Part shown: in pieces, positions 1-9,536 of the stretch
How positions within the stretch are numbered: the first letter of the stretch is position 1
How the letters are laid out: every line of letters starts with the position of its first letter
NCBI GenBank assembly: GCA_963777155.1
Contig: CAVZPM010000029.1
Coordinates: 1 to 34,626 of the forward strand
Reading direction: 5' to 3'
DNA from: Candidatus Bathyarchaeota archaeon
Lineage (GTDB): Archaea > Thermoproteota > Bathyarchaeia > Bathyarchaeales > Bathycorpusculaceae
Length of the DNA: 34,626 nucleotides
Made by a program: the position numbers and the translations under genes
Notes under the pieces: model-generated
What the model was told of the DNA's origin: nothing
What the model saw: the letters and a program-made list of their open reading frames with translations, nothing else
The model's database searches: none

Positions 1-34
1 CGATCAGTTCTGTCATCTCAATTTGTGGCATCAT
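1..34 (-). CDS. Possible 5' end of a gene running off the left edge of the window (MMPQIEMTELI...)
   Basis: Open frame from ATG at 34 to the window edge, with an AT-rich TATA-like stretch upstream (about 52-65). Too short to identify. Confidence 0.35.
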   Translation of the reverse strand, partial: MMPQIEMTELI

Positions 35-120
35 AATACACAACTTTTTGATTTAAGCTATTTAACGCTAATAAGCTTATCCACTAAACAATTAGGCATG
101 TAGATGTATTTTCCATTTTT

Positions 121-207
121 GGTTTTCATTGCCACAACCAATGTTCAAAGCCCCACAACCAGCTGGTTTTGTGCCACAACCATGTTGAAAAAACGCTTCC
201 ACAACCA
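121..207. repeat. Short direct repeats CCACAACCA (4 copies) in an A/C-rich low-complexity region
   Basis: Exact copies at 132-140, 153-161, 174-182 and 199-207. A longer imperfect unit GGTTTT-N2-4-GCCACAACCA(A)TGTT(C/G)AAA occurs at 121-149 and 165-190. Confidence 0.7.
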
Positions 208-616
208 CTACTTCTACCAGACAAACCTAAATCCACAATGCAAATCCAAAACAGAACCCAGAGCACAACCAGAAAATATGTCTGCGCACACAAACCACTC
301 ACTACTACAACCAAAAGAAAGATAGTTAGATACGCGCGGTATCCATGCAGATTCTTTCTTCTCAAAATAGCCCACCTACAACTACCAACATTAAAAAAAG
401 ACGTTTACTTCTACAACAACAACCAAACAAACCAAAAACCACAACCCAAACAAGAAACAAACCTTAAAAAACAACCAGAAAAAACGCCCCTGCACACAGG
501 ACAAACCAACAACTTCCAGAAAGAAAACTCGGAAAAATGTACTCTGAACTTCGACTTTGATAAAACTCAAAATTAAACGGCATGTTATTTAGTGACTGAA
601 TTTCACTGTTACAGCC

Positions 617-1232
617 ATGTCTATGTATAGTGGACTGAAGAAGCCGCTTTTAACTAAAAAAGATGAGGAATACCAGATGCTGATGGAGGTTACGGAAGAG
701 TATCTTCATCAGGAGAGGGAAAAATCAGCTCAGAAGAAGAGTGGAGCGGCTCCTGTAGTTGTTGTTCGGGAGAATCTTCTAAGAAGAGGATTTAACTTGA
801 CCTTCAACCCGAACATTAAGCTCACGGGGTCAGACATAGAAAATGACTTACTTGCTACTCCACTCAACCGCTAACCCAGACCAAAAAGAGTATGCTCCAA
901 ACGAAGTCAACATGGTTATCGCAGTTAGGAACAACGCAGTTGCAAATCAATCAAGCATAATCAAGGAAAACTTTGATGAGCTAAAACTGCTATCGCCAGA
1001 GTTGCGTTTTGCAGTGGTTGTCCTCTCCGAAAAAACAGGGTACCAACATGAAATCACAGATGAAAAACTGGGCGACAAAGGGTACTTGTCTTTCACTCTT
1101 GTTTCAAGGCGGATTTACCCTAAAGACGGCGGACTATGTTGCCCAAAAGCAATTATGGATCTGCTAAAAAATAAAGATCTGAAGAAAACTGGCGACTGGG
1201 AAAGATTCATCACCTACATAAAAAACACGTAG
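617..1232 (+). CDS. Hypothetical protein of about 204 aa with PD-(D/E)xK nuclease-like pattern, split by a +1 frameshift near 848-852
   Basis: ORFs 617..874 and 843..1232 join after removing one base (616-1=615 nt), giving ...IKLTGSDIENDLLLLHSTANPDQKEYAPNEVNMVIAVRN.... Confidence 0.6.
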
Positions 1233-1256
1233 GCACACTTCATTAGTCAACCGCAG

Positions 1257-2506
1257 TCAGTCGACTTGTTTACTGTCCTCTTTCTTTTCGTTGAGCCAGT
1301 TCCTTGATTTAGCCAACGTTTTCCCCGCAAACGTCATTTTTAAGGCTCCTTCATAGGGGCAAATTTCAACGCAGCGTGCACAGAGCATGCATCTGGATTC
1401 AGTTACGTCTCCGCCTTTCTTCTCGTACATGGCGGTGGCTTGGGTTGGGCAGACGCGTTTGCAGACGCCGCATTTGGTACATTTATGTTCGTCTTTCTGA
1501 AGTTTAGTCAGGGCTATTTGTTTGAAGGGCGTGAAAGAGCTAAACAAAGCTGTTATTGCACCCAATGGACAGATTCTGCACCAGAACCGCCTGTAAGCTA
1601 ACGCTAAAATCGTAATGATAATCAGGATTGCCATGTTTATGGAGGTTAAGTAGAAGCCTGATATCCAGTAGGGGCCGTAAACGATTTGGGATATGTAGGA
1701 CCAATTCATTTGGCCGACACCGACTTCAAGCAAAATGCAGAGCGGTCTTGCTGGGCAAACTAAACAGAAAGGCTCGTTGATGTGGCTGGTGATGCCAGCT
1801 TCAGTTCCTTCTGGTCCCCCAATGTCGGTTCCAGGGATAATCTGAGTTCCAAAAATGACGGATGAAGCAAAGATTACGCTTAAGATCATAAAGACCGCGA
1901 TTATGATGTAACGTGATTGCCCAAGCTTTGAATTAGTTTTATCCGAAAAGCTTAGGTGCCGTAGCCTTGCGGATTTGCGGATGCGTGTCAGTAAGTCTTG
2001 GTATAAGCCGAAGGGGCAGAGCCAACCGCAGAATGACCTTCCCAAAATTATGGATGCAACAGCAAGCATACCAACGACGATAGCTATCTTTTCCAGCCCA
2101 GAAGTGGAATAGAATACCTCGTACCCGCGGACGTTGGCGTTCCAGAACGGAAACACGTAGGCTTGCAACTGCCAAATTGCGCATGTGACGGTTCGCCCGT
2201 TAGGGTAGTAGCATGCCAATATGGGTAAGGATATGCCGTCTGGGAATTGGCCGCTTAAAAGGTCACCGCCGATTAAGCGGTCACGCGGCGAAACCCCCAA
2301 AGGGTAGAACAGCGAACCTGGTTGGTTGAATGGACCTATTAGGAGCCCCATGAATATGGCGATGACTGCGACTGCTTGTATGAATAGCCTTAGTGAAGTA
2401 ATTTTTCGGGTTTTATCCTTAGATAGCTTAAGGATAAGGATTACGCCGACGACAATGATGAGGGCAAAACCGAAATGTATACTATGGTTGAAGTATCTAA
2501 AGACAT
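1257..2506 (-). CDS. Membrane-bound 4Fe-4S protein of the NapH/MauN (polyferredoxin) family, about 416 aa; N-terminus displaced by a 1-nt deletion near 2473-2475
   Basis: Multiple TM helices; FCGWLCPFG, FCLVCP and WCRICPLG motifs; two C-terminal CxxCxxCxxxCP ferredoxin motifs. Upstream ATG at 2506 (MSLDTSTIVYI) joins FGFALIIVVGVIL... on adding one base. Confidence 0.85.
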
Positions 2507-2510
2507 CTTT

Positions 2511-3188
2511 TCAGCCCCTCACCTTAAAGCGAATTACTAAGGCAACCGCCACCATAACCGCCAGCAGAGAAACGGTCGCGATTATTATTGAGTGCTGCTC
2601 ATAAAACGGTAAGTTACTTGTGTTGGGAATATTAAATCTGAAATGAGAGACTGAAACGTTTCCTGTTAAACCATAAACAACCACGGAGTTGTCAGGCAAC
2701 AGGTTCCAATGGTCTCCTTCCGCCAAAAAGACAGTGTTCGGAACTGTCACGCTTGGAACTGTCACTATCCACTCTATTGGGGGGGTTGGCTGCGTAGAAT
2801 TCAGACCCAGATTAACGGTTTGGTTACCGATTCCCTCTATGTTAAATCGTAGCTGTGTGCTTCTGCCGAAAATTAGGGGGGATCGGAAGGTCCAAACAGT
2901 CATGTTAGAGTCTTCTACCGAGATTTTCAGGTTGCCCAATGGTTGGGAGTTGTTTAAACTTAAATCATTAAAAGTCCATGTGTCATTTTCCAGCGTTGCA
3001 GATGAATAAGAACCGTTTAATGCAAAAATGATTGAGCCTCGTAGCTCAGGGATGTTGAACCTATCTTGGGGAGTGAAGGCTGTGGCATCCTGTGCCTTCG
3101 CGTTGGGGCATAGGGGTAGAAAGAACAGAAGTAGCATGATAGCCGCTGCAAGCCCATTCAGAGCTGGTTTGCTAGTGGTTACATTCAA
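2511..3188 (-). CDS. Secreted, C-terminally membrane-anchored hypothetical protein
   Basis: Signal-peptide-like N-terminus (...LLLFFLPLCPNAKA|QD), beta-rich body with many N-x-S/T sequons, C-terminal TM helix followed by RFKVRG. Confidence 0.8.
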   Translation of the reverse strand: MNVTTSKPALNGLAAAIMLLLFFLPLCPNAKAQDATAFTPQDRFNIPELRGSIIFALNGSYSSATLENDTWTFNDLSLNNSQPLGNLKISVEDSNMTVWTFRSPLIFGRSTQLRFNIEGIGNQTVNLGLNSTQPTPPIEWIVTVPSVTVPNTVFLAEGDHWNLLPDNSVVVYGLTGNVSVSHFRFNIPNTSNLPFYEQHSIIIATVSLLAVMVAVALVIRFKVRG

Positions 3189-3290
3189 AGTCTCACAGTT
3201 GGAAAGGATAAATGACGGTTAATGTTATAAGGCTTTTCAAACGAAGCCTCTGCAGACTACAGCTTTATCCTCAATTGTTGAACGTTTGAA

Positions 3291-3986
3291 TTAGATGTCG
3301 AAGTCTTGTTGCTCTGGCTTTTGTTCCGGTTTTTGTTCTGGCTCAGACGTCTCTGGTTGACTAGCAACTTGTTCTTTTGCTGGTTGGGGCGCTGTCTTTC
3401 TTCTTTTTAGAAGAAGCACTATTGCCAGCAACACAACGATGACTACGACTGCTCCAACTGCACCGTAAAGCTGCAGATCAATTTGACCGCCGTGGTTGCC
3501 TCCGCCTGTTGGTGCAACTGTAACAGTTGGACCTGGGGTTTGGCCGTTGTTTCCAGTAACCACAACTGTCGATGAGGGAGAGCTCCAGGAGAAAGAAGTG
3601 GAAGAGGTTCCTTGTGTTCCGTCAATACCAACGAAGTAGCTGTGCTCTCCAAGCGTAACGTTTGTTGGGACCATGATGCTTATTTGGTTAAACATGTAGG
3701 TGCCGGCGCTTGCCACGGTAACTGGAGTGCTAGTCAAATCGTAACCATAGAAGCCGTCAGCGGCCATCCAGTCAAAATGCAAACCTACACGAGTTATTTG
3801 GAGTGAATCAGAGGAGTTGCTGGTGAAAAATATGTTTACGGTCACGGGTTGACCAGGTTTCAATGTTGTAGTTGAGAAGAATGTATGTACTGAAGCGCCA
3901 TCTTGAGCAAGAGCAGCTACAAATCCCATGGACAAGAAAGCGGCAACAATGATTGAAATAATAAGTGCTATTCTAAGTGACTTCAA
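3291..3986 (-). CDS. Secreted surface protein with probable Ig-like domain, S/T/P/G linker, C-terminal TM anchor and cytoplasmic PEQK repeats
   Basis: Probable TTG start at 3986 giving signal peptide MKSLRIALIISIIVAAFLSMGFVAALA; TM helix followed by KRRK; tail PEQKPEQKPEQQDFDI. Confidence 0.8.
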   Translation of the reverse strand: MKSLRIALIISIIVAAFLSMGFVAALAQDGASVHTFFSTTTLKPGQPVTVNIFFTSNSSDSLQITRVGLHFDWMAADGFYGYDLTSTPVTVASAGTYMFNQISIMVPTNVTLGEHSYFVGIDGTQGTSSTSFSWSSPSSTVVVTGNNGQTPGPTVTVAPTGGGNHGGQIDLQLYGAVGAVVVIVVLLAIVLLLKRRKTAPQPAKEQVASQPETSEPEQKPEQKPEQQDFDI

Positions 3987-4208
3987 CTGAATTTCCTCGG
4001 ACAATTCAATAGTTATCTTGGTGCATTTATGGTTTTTTAATCTTGTCCCAAAACACACCCATATTGCGAATTTTGCTTTCACTAAGAATACAAAAAGTCC
4101 GGAAAGACTTGCTACTGCTGTTTATTCGCTGTTTTTTGCAGTTAATGCTTGGAGGGCGATAGTCTTAAGTTGGAGCAAACCGTTTTGGGCTTCGGGTAGC
4201 GGGGTAAA

Positions 4209-4514
4209 ATGGATACTTTAAGTTTAGCTAATTTAGTTTTAGATTTGGCAAGCGTGATCAACTTCATAGCTCTACTCTTGATGTTAAGGGCAGTGGTTAA
4301 AAACAGAAAGGTGCTCCGCGGCTACAGCATTGTCGGTTCTTTCTTAACTTTTGTCTCCATCCTCGGCTTCGAAGTAGCCTACTACCTTTTAGGTAATACT
4401 ATTGGTTTCGCTTTGGGGTGGGCTACAGTTGCTTTCTGGTTCATCGCCTTTGCCTACAGCCTAAGGCAACGATTGAAAGGAGCTCCAGAGCAAAAAGATG
4501 GCGTTGAGTCTTAA
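4209..4514 (+). CDS. Small 3-TM membrane protein, SemiSWEET/PQ-loop-like topology
   Basis: 101 aa with three hydrophobic segments and a basic loop KNRKVLRGYS after TM1; no PQ dipeptide. Confidence 0.65.
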   Translation: MDTLSLANLVLDLASVINFIALLLMLRAVVKNRKVLRGYSIVGSFLTFVSILGFEVAYYLLGNTIGFALGWATVAFWFIAFAYSLRQRLKGAPEQKDGVES

Positions 4515-6083
4515 TTGGCTGGAAACTGAATTGTGAACTTAGCGCCTTTGCCTTCTTGACTTTCAAAACTAATGGTGCCCCCATGGGCTTCCATAACTCT
4601 TTTGCAAACCGCCAAACCAAACCCTTGCCCGCGTGGTTTAGTCGTGAAGAGAGGAGTGAAAATCCTGTTTTTAATGGCTTCAGGTATACCAACCCCAGTA
4701 TCTTGTACAGAGAGGGATACTTGACCTTCAGGGGTCGTTTGACCAGTCAGGGTTAGTTTGCCGCCGTCAGGCATAGCCTGCACTGAGTTTGTCACAAGGT
4801 TGATTAAAACACGTTTGAGAAGTTGAAGGTCAGCTCTTATTTGTGGAAGATTGTTACTGATTTCTGTTTCAACAGCAATTCCACTTGGAACTGCAACGGA
4901 AGCTAAAACGTTGGCTACAAGTTCTTCTAGGTTAATTGGTTTCTTATCGATTCTTACTGGTTGCACGAACGCTTGCAGGTCAGAAACAATCTTATCCATG
5001 TAGACAGTTTGCTCTTCCATAACCTGAAGGCTCTCCTCCAGAGTACTTTTAACTTCACCTGCGGGCAAAGATTCCACGGCGTTTTTAGCCAAGTACAATT
5101 CTCCCGTTACAGTCTGCAAAGGGTTACGAAGGTCATGCCCAACCATGCCTGCAGTTTGCCCAATAGCTACTAAGCGCTCTGAATCTTTCAGTTGTTTTGT
5201 GTGGTCCTCAACAATTTTCTCAAGCACTCCAGCATGTTCTTGAAGGTTTCTTTGCAGCTCTTTCTGTTCAGTAATATCCCGCACAATTGACCAAAGACCA
5301 ATAGCCTTGCCTTTCCCATCCGTCAATCGCCATGTTCTAACTGACGCAGGAAAAACTGAGCCGTCTCTTCGTACGTATTCTCTTTCAAACAAAACAGAGT
5401 GCCTTACTTGCAAAACTTTTTTTGCAATCTTCTCTCTTTGATCAAGCCATTTCTCGGGAATCAACTGCTGAACCGTCATGTGTCTTAGTTCCTTTTTTGA
5501 GTAACCCAGCATTTTGGCGTAGGCCAAGTTGCAATCTATCATCTTGCCGTTTAGGTCCCGCGCCATGATTCCATCTTGGGTTGTCTCGTATAGCCGTCTA
5601 TATTTTTTCTCTGAAAGCAAAAGTTGCTGTTCTGACTTTTTTTGTTCGGCAAAATCACGTGTAACCCTTTTTTTCTGGTCGGTTACGTCCATAAATACTG
5701 AAATGCAAAAGGTCTTTTTGGGGCTATAGATGTAGACTTGATACCACTTATCTTCGGGTTTATTGTAAGTCTCAAAATAATTTGGCACATTGGTGGTAGC
5801 CACTTTTCCGCAAATCCGTAACCAGTTTATCGGGGTTTTTTTCATTTTTAAATTAAACGCGAGTTGCTTTTTTCTCGACACGTTCTATTTTGAAAGGATG
5901 TATACTGTCATATGCCTTGTTGCTTTCCAGAAGGATATAGTCGATTGGTTTGTCTTCTTGGTTATAAATTATTTTATAAACAGCAATGCCTTGAGGAAGA
6001 TTATCAAAGAGCGTTTTGAACTGTTGACTATTCACGCCCAGTTCTGCAAGGAAATCTTGGCTTGGAACAGGTGTTTTTTTCAT
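4511..6083 (-). CDS. Cytoplasmic sensor histidine kinase with two PAS domains, frameshifted near 5830-5860
   Basis: H-box GMVGHDLRNPLQ, N-box NLVTNSVQAM, G1 DTGVGI, F-box IFTPLFTTK, G2 GQGFGL. The first PAS domain (FKTLFDNLPQGIAVYKII...) lies in ORF 5853..6206 from ATG 6083 and continues in ORF 4511..5881. Confidence 0.88.
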
Positions 6084-6296
6084 TTTTAGTTGTTTTTGGA
6101 AAGAATGGATTAATGGGGGTGTCTGTTTGTTGACATCGGACGACTGGGCAACATCGATAGAATTCACTATCTCTATCCCCCAACTAATAATTGGGGCAGT
6201 TTGCATAAAAGATTTTCCAAAGTCTTACATGTCAATAAACCATTGGCAAAGAGTTGACATAAAAGCGTAAAAAACAATAATTCGCATTAATCCAAA

Positions 6297-7169
6297 CTAT
6301 TTCGGCAACTCTAACCCGATGGCATAAGTGAAAATGCCTCTGTTGGGAACCATTGAATAGCTCAAACCTGCCCAGGAAAACCTCTTCCTTGTCTGCTCCC
6401 AACCCCTTAAAAGCTGAACACCAACTTCTTTTTGCAAGGTGAAGGATACCCCGCGTTTTCCGCTCTGCAGAGATGCTCGTTTGGCTGTGACTTCTTCCCA
6501 TGCACCAATTTTGTTGCCGAGAAGCGTTAAACCGTTTGAATCAACGTATCTTTTGAAAACGCTGGATCCTTGCTCGTTTAGAACTATGAACTCTAGGCAC
6601 TTTTTCAATGTAATATTGGAAAAATCGATCTTGATGTTAATGGAGGTTGGCTGGCAATGGTAAGTCACTGTTATGGTTCCGCGGGGTTTGACGGTTACAA
6701 ATTCGGTTTTAATATTTGCTAAGTCCCGAAGTTCCATAGCTTTGTTGAAGATGGGAGTCAGTTTTTTATGTTTCAAATATAACATTTGAAATTTCTTTCT
6801 TAGACTTGAATATAGGCCGTCATCGATGTAGCTGGCTTGCCCAAACTTTTTCAAAGAAACCGTATCTAAAGAGAAAACCTTAGTCAGTATACTGTCAGAA
6901 CCAACTTTTCTGATCGACACATCCGCCGTGCTTGAGAAAAAAGTTTTATCCTCATACCTGACGATTGGAACTCCGAAACCCATCCCTTCCTCAATCAATT
7001 CACGACCATCAATCAAAAGGACAAGCCCTTTTTGGAGGGCACCAGTTTCTAAGCAATTGGGGCGACAGTCCTTGTAGAGCTTGACAGCTAAGCGGTCGGA
7101 AAGGTTTACAGTAATTGGCTCTGTGAGGTCGGTGGATTGAAGTTTTGTTATTGTTGTTTGAGAATTCAA
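6297..7169 (-). CDS. Soluble beta-rich hypothetical protein (290 aa)
   Basis: Long ORF; its TTG start overlaps the reconstructed GT2 stop codon (TTGA at 7166-7169), which suggests translational coupling. Confidence 0.75.
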   Translation of the reverse strand: MNSQTTITKLQSTDLTEPITVNLSDRLAVKLYKDCRPNCLETGALQKGLVLLIDGRELIEEGMGFGVPIVRYEDKTFFSSTADVSIRKVGSDSILTKVFSLDTVSLKKFGQASYIDDGLYSSLRKKFQMLYLKHKKLTPIFNKAMELRDLANIKTEFVTVKPRGTITVTYHCQPTSINIKIDFSNITLKKCLEFIVLNEQGSSVFKRYVDSNGLTLLGNKIGAWEEVTAKRASLQSGKRGVSFTLQKEVGVQLLRGWEQTRKRFSWAGLSYSMVPNRGIFTYAIGLELPK

Positions 7170-8138
7170 GCGTACACCATTTCGTCTTGAATAATTTTCA
7201 TTGCTTTAGGGTTAAACTCGTGATCGCGGACTAACGTTTTAGTGGAAGGAAGAGCAGGCCATTGGAAATGGTTTCGTCTAGCCAATGATATCTCCAATGG
7301 CAAAAACATTTACCATTAACTCCGTAAAAAGAAAAGCAAACAGGGTTACAGGATCGTATTTTGCAAAAAGCCAAAGACACAATTTCAATGTTTGAAGGGG
7401 ATGAAGAGGCAATAAATGTACAAGATACTGGGAAGACTCGCCTGTGAGTTTCTTAATTTGAAAATGACCAAAAATAATTCTACGACGCTGCTCGAAATAC
7501 TCATGGAATGTGCCAGGTCCAGAAATTAAGACCTGTGATTGTGAATCAAATTTTATCAGCCAACCTCTCTTCTTCGTTTCCACGGCAAGATAGGCATCGT
7601 CATTAACTGTTCCAGCAGGTATCGAGTTAACGATTCCTTTTCTTATGCAGAAAAGTTCGGTTGCGTGTCGAGCAAGTCCTGAATCATTTAGCTGTTCGAA
7701 CACGTGACCGTGAAAACTCCATAGTAGCTGAACAATTCTGCCAACAAGCGAAGTGGGCGGGTTAACTGGTACGGGATTGCCGCAGACAATTCCCACGTTG
7801 GACTTCTGGACTTTTGCCGTAAGCCTTGAAAAGCTGCCTTCTTTTGGAAAGGTATCTGCTGAAATAAAAATTATGAGGTCTCCCGTTGCATGGGAAAGAA
7901 TGTAGTTGATTGCTGATGCTTTGCCACTTCTTTTCTCTTCAATATGAAGCTTCAACCGTGAATCCTTCTCTGCAAACTCTCGGACTATGAGTGGCGTGTT
8001 GTCTGTGCAGCCGGAACATACTACTAAAACTTCAGAATCAACAGGTAGAGCCTGCTTGAAAAGAACGTTGTTTAACAGTCTACCTATGTTTTTTTCCTCG
8101 TTGTATGCACAAATTCCAACTGAAACTTGATTCAACAA
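7166..8138 (-). CDS. Family 2 glycosyltransferase, about 323 aa; C-terminus displaced by a +1 frameshift near 7281
   Basis: GICAYNEE, GKASAIN, FISADT (DxD-equivalent), NDD and QRRRI motifs. Removing one base extends it with ARRNHFQWPALPSTKTLV...MVYA to TGA at 7166. Confidence 0.88.
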
Positions 8139-8238
8139 AAAACTACACTATTGAAATTATGTTTTAGGTTGATAAAAACTTTTATGTCTTATCACCTGAA
8201 CTATTTGGTGAACGGTCAAGCGCCTAAAGCTTGCAGGA

Positions 8239-9528
8239 TTGTATGCTTGTTTGTTTGATTCATTCAAAAATAAAATTTTCATTGTTTTATTCGTCGTTGG
8301 GCTATTTCTGATAGAAGCTTTCCTGTCAATGTGGACAGGGAACCTCTACGACATGAACATTTGGTTCCAAACGGGCGTTTGGATGAACCAAGGAACCAAC
8401 ATTTACCTGCCCGACAACCATTTGGGTTATCCGCCGCTTTGGGCGTTCTGGTGCCTTATAGCTTACCGAGTTTACAGCGTATTGGGAAATAACGTTGAGT
8501 TGTGGCGGTTTATCATCAAGCTACCCTTGATACTTGCTCAGTTTGGCCTTGCCTTTGCTATTGGAAGATTTGCCCAAAGCCGATTCAGCAAGGCAACTGC
8601 ACGAAAGATTTTCCTGCTATCTTTGACATGGATTTTCTTCATCTACATCGGAGCTTTATGGGGACAACTTAACATGTTAAGTGCCCTGTTAACGTTCCTT
8701 GCCTTCTATGCGGTGATAAACAAAAAAAACACTCTCGGAGCAGTTTTGCTCGGGGCAGCCGTGGCGCTTAAAATATATCCCCTGATTCTTCTGCCAGCGT
8801 TTGTCGCATTCATCCTAAAAAACCAAACTAAGAAAGAGGCTGGAAAGTTCGCACTCTTCTCTGTGGCGTTACCTGTAGCCTTTACGCTGGGGGTTTTAGC
8901 AGTCTACCAGTGGGACCCCATTTACTTTCTGCGAACAATATTCTACTGGACACCTGTTTTTGAAACAGCAAATCCGCTGCAAATCCAAGGTGGATGCATG
9001 AACATTTGGAGCTTCATAAGCCTACTAAACGTCGATGTCGCGCAGGTTTGGCTTATCCGTTTCGTATGGATCCCAGTTTTGGTTGCAGCGGCAGTCTATT
9101 GGTTTAGAAAACCACAGATGAAAGATGTTGACTTGAATTTGGCGATTATTAGTTTCTACTTGCTCTTCATGGTGAGCTACGGTTGGGTAACTGAACAGAG
9201 CTTTCTGGATCCATTGCCCTTCATTTTACTCCAAATCGTAGCTTACCAACCTAGAAAAATATACATGTACGGGTTATTGGCTATTCAAGGGCTGGTTTTT
9301 GCCTTCTCAACCTTCAACTGGGGACCCTTCATCTTTACACCGCTACTAACAAAGTTCAACCCACAACTTCTCCAAGCAATACAGTTTCTTGACCCCAAAT
9401 ACCCACTCATCTGGACAACCAGAGGAATACTTGGTTTAGCTGTGAGCGTAGCAGCATGCATTTTTCTGGTTGGGCTAGCAAAGCCTAAGTTCTTTGAGAA
9501 GATTTTCAAGAAGAAAGCGGCACAGTGA
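8239..9528 (+). CDS. GT-C superfamily polytopic membrane glycosyltransferase (GT87/PIG-M-like)
   Basis: About 10 or more TM helices; acidic YD after TM1, GYPPL, IKLP, WGQ and ALKIYP motifs. Confidence 0.75.
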   Translation: MYACLFDSFKNKIFIVLFVVGLFLIEAFLSMWTGNLYDMNIWFQTGVWMNQGTNIYLPDNHLGYPPLWAFWCLIAYRVYSVLGNNVELWRFIIKLPLILAQFGLAFAIGRFAQSRFSKATARKIFLLSLTWIFFIYIGALWGQLNMLSALLTFLAFYAVINKKNTLGAVLLGAAVALKIYPLILLPAFVAFILKNQTKKEAGKFALFSVALPVAFTLGVLAVYQWDPIYFLRTIFYWTPVFETANPLQIQGGCMNIWSFISLLNVDVAQVWLIRFVWIPVLVAAAVYWFRKPQMKDVDLNLAIISFYLLFMVSYGWVTEQSFLDPLPFILLQIVAYQPRKIYMYGLLAIQGLVFAFSTFNWGPFIFTPLLTKFNPQLLQAIQFLDPKYPLIWTTRGILGLAVSVAACIFLVGLAKPKFFEKIFKKKAAQ

Positions 9529-9536
9529 CGCATGCC

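Noticed and set aside
121-207. CRISPR array interpretation of the repeats
   Set aside because: Only two imperfect 26-29 bp units separated by about 15 bp; no regular repeat-spacer period and no cas genes.
104-576. ORFs 104..325, 126..365 and 169..576
   Set aside because: Low-complexity Q/N/T/K-rich or V/L/W-rich translations that follow from the A/C strand skew; no recognisable motifs.
6084-6206. Extension of the kinase N-terminal ORF to 6206 and small palindromes at 6156-6171 and 6178-6196
   Set aside because: The extension has no domain signal, and the palindromes are short enough to arise by chance.
7278-7280. Pyrrolysine readthrough of the GT2 TAG
   Set aside because: In-frame readthrough gives a short meaningless tail, whereas a one-base shift restores a plausible C-terminus coupled to the next gene.
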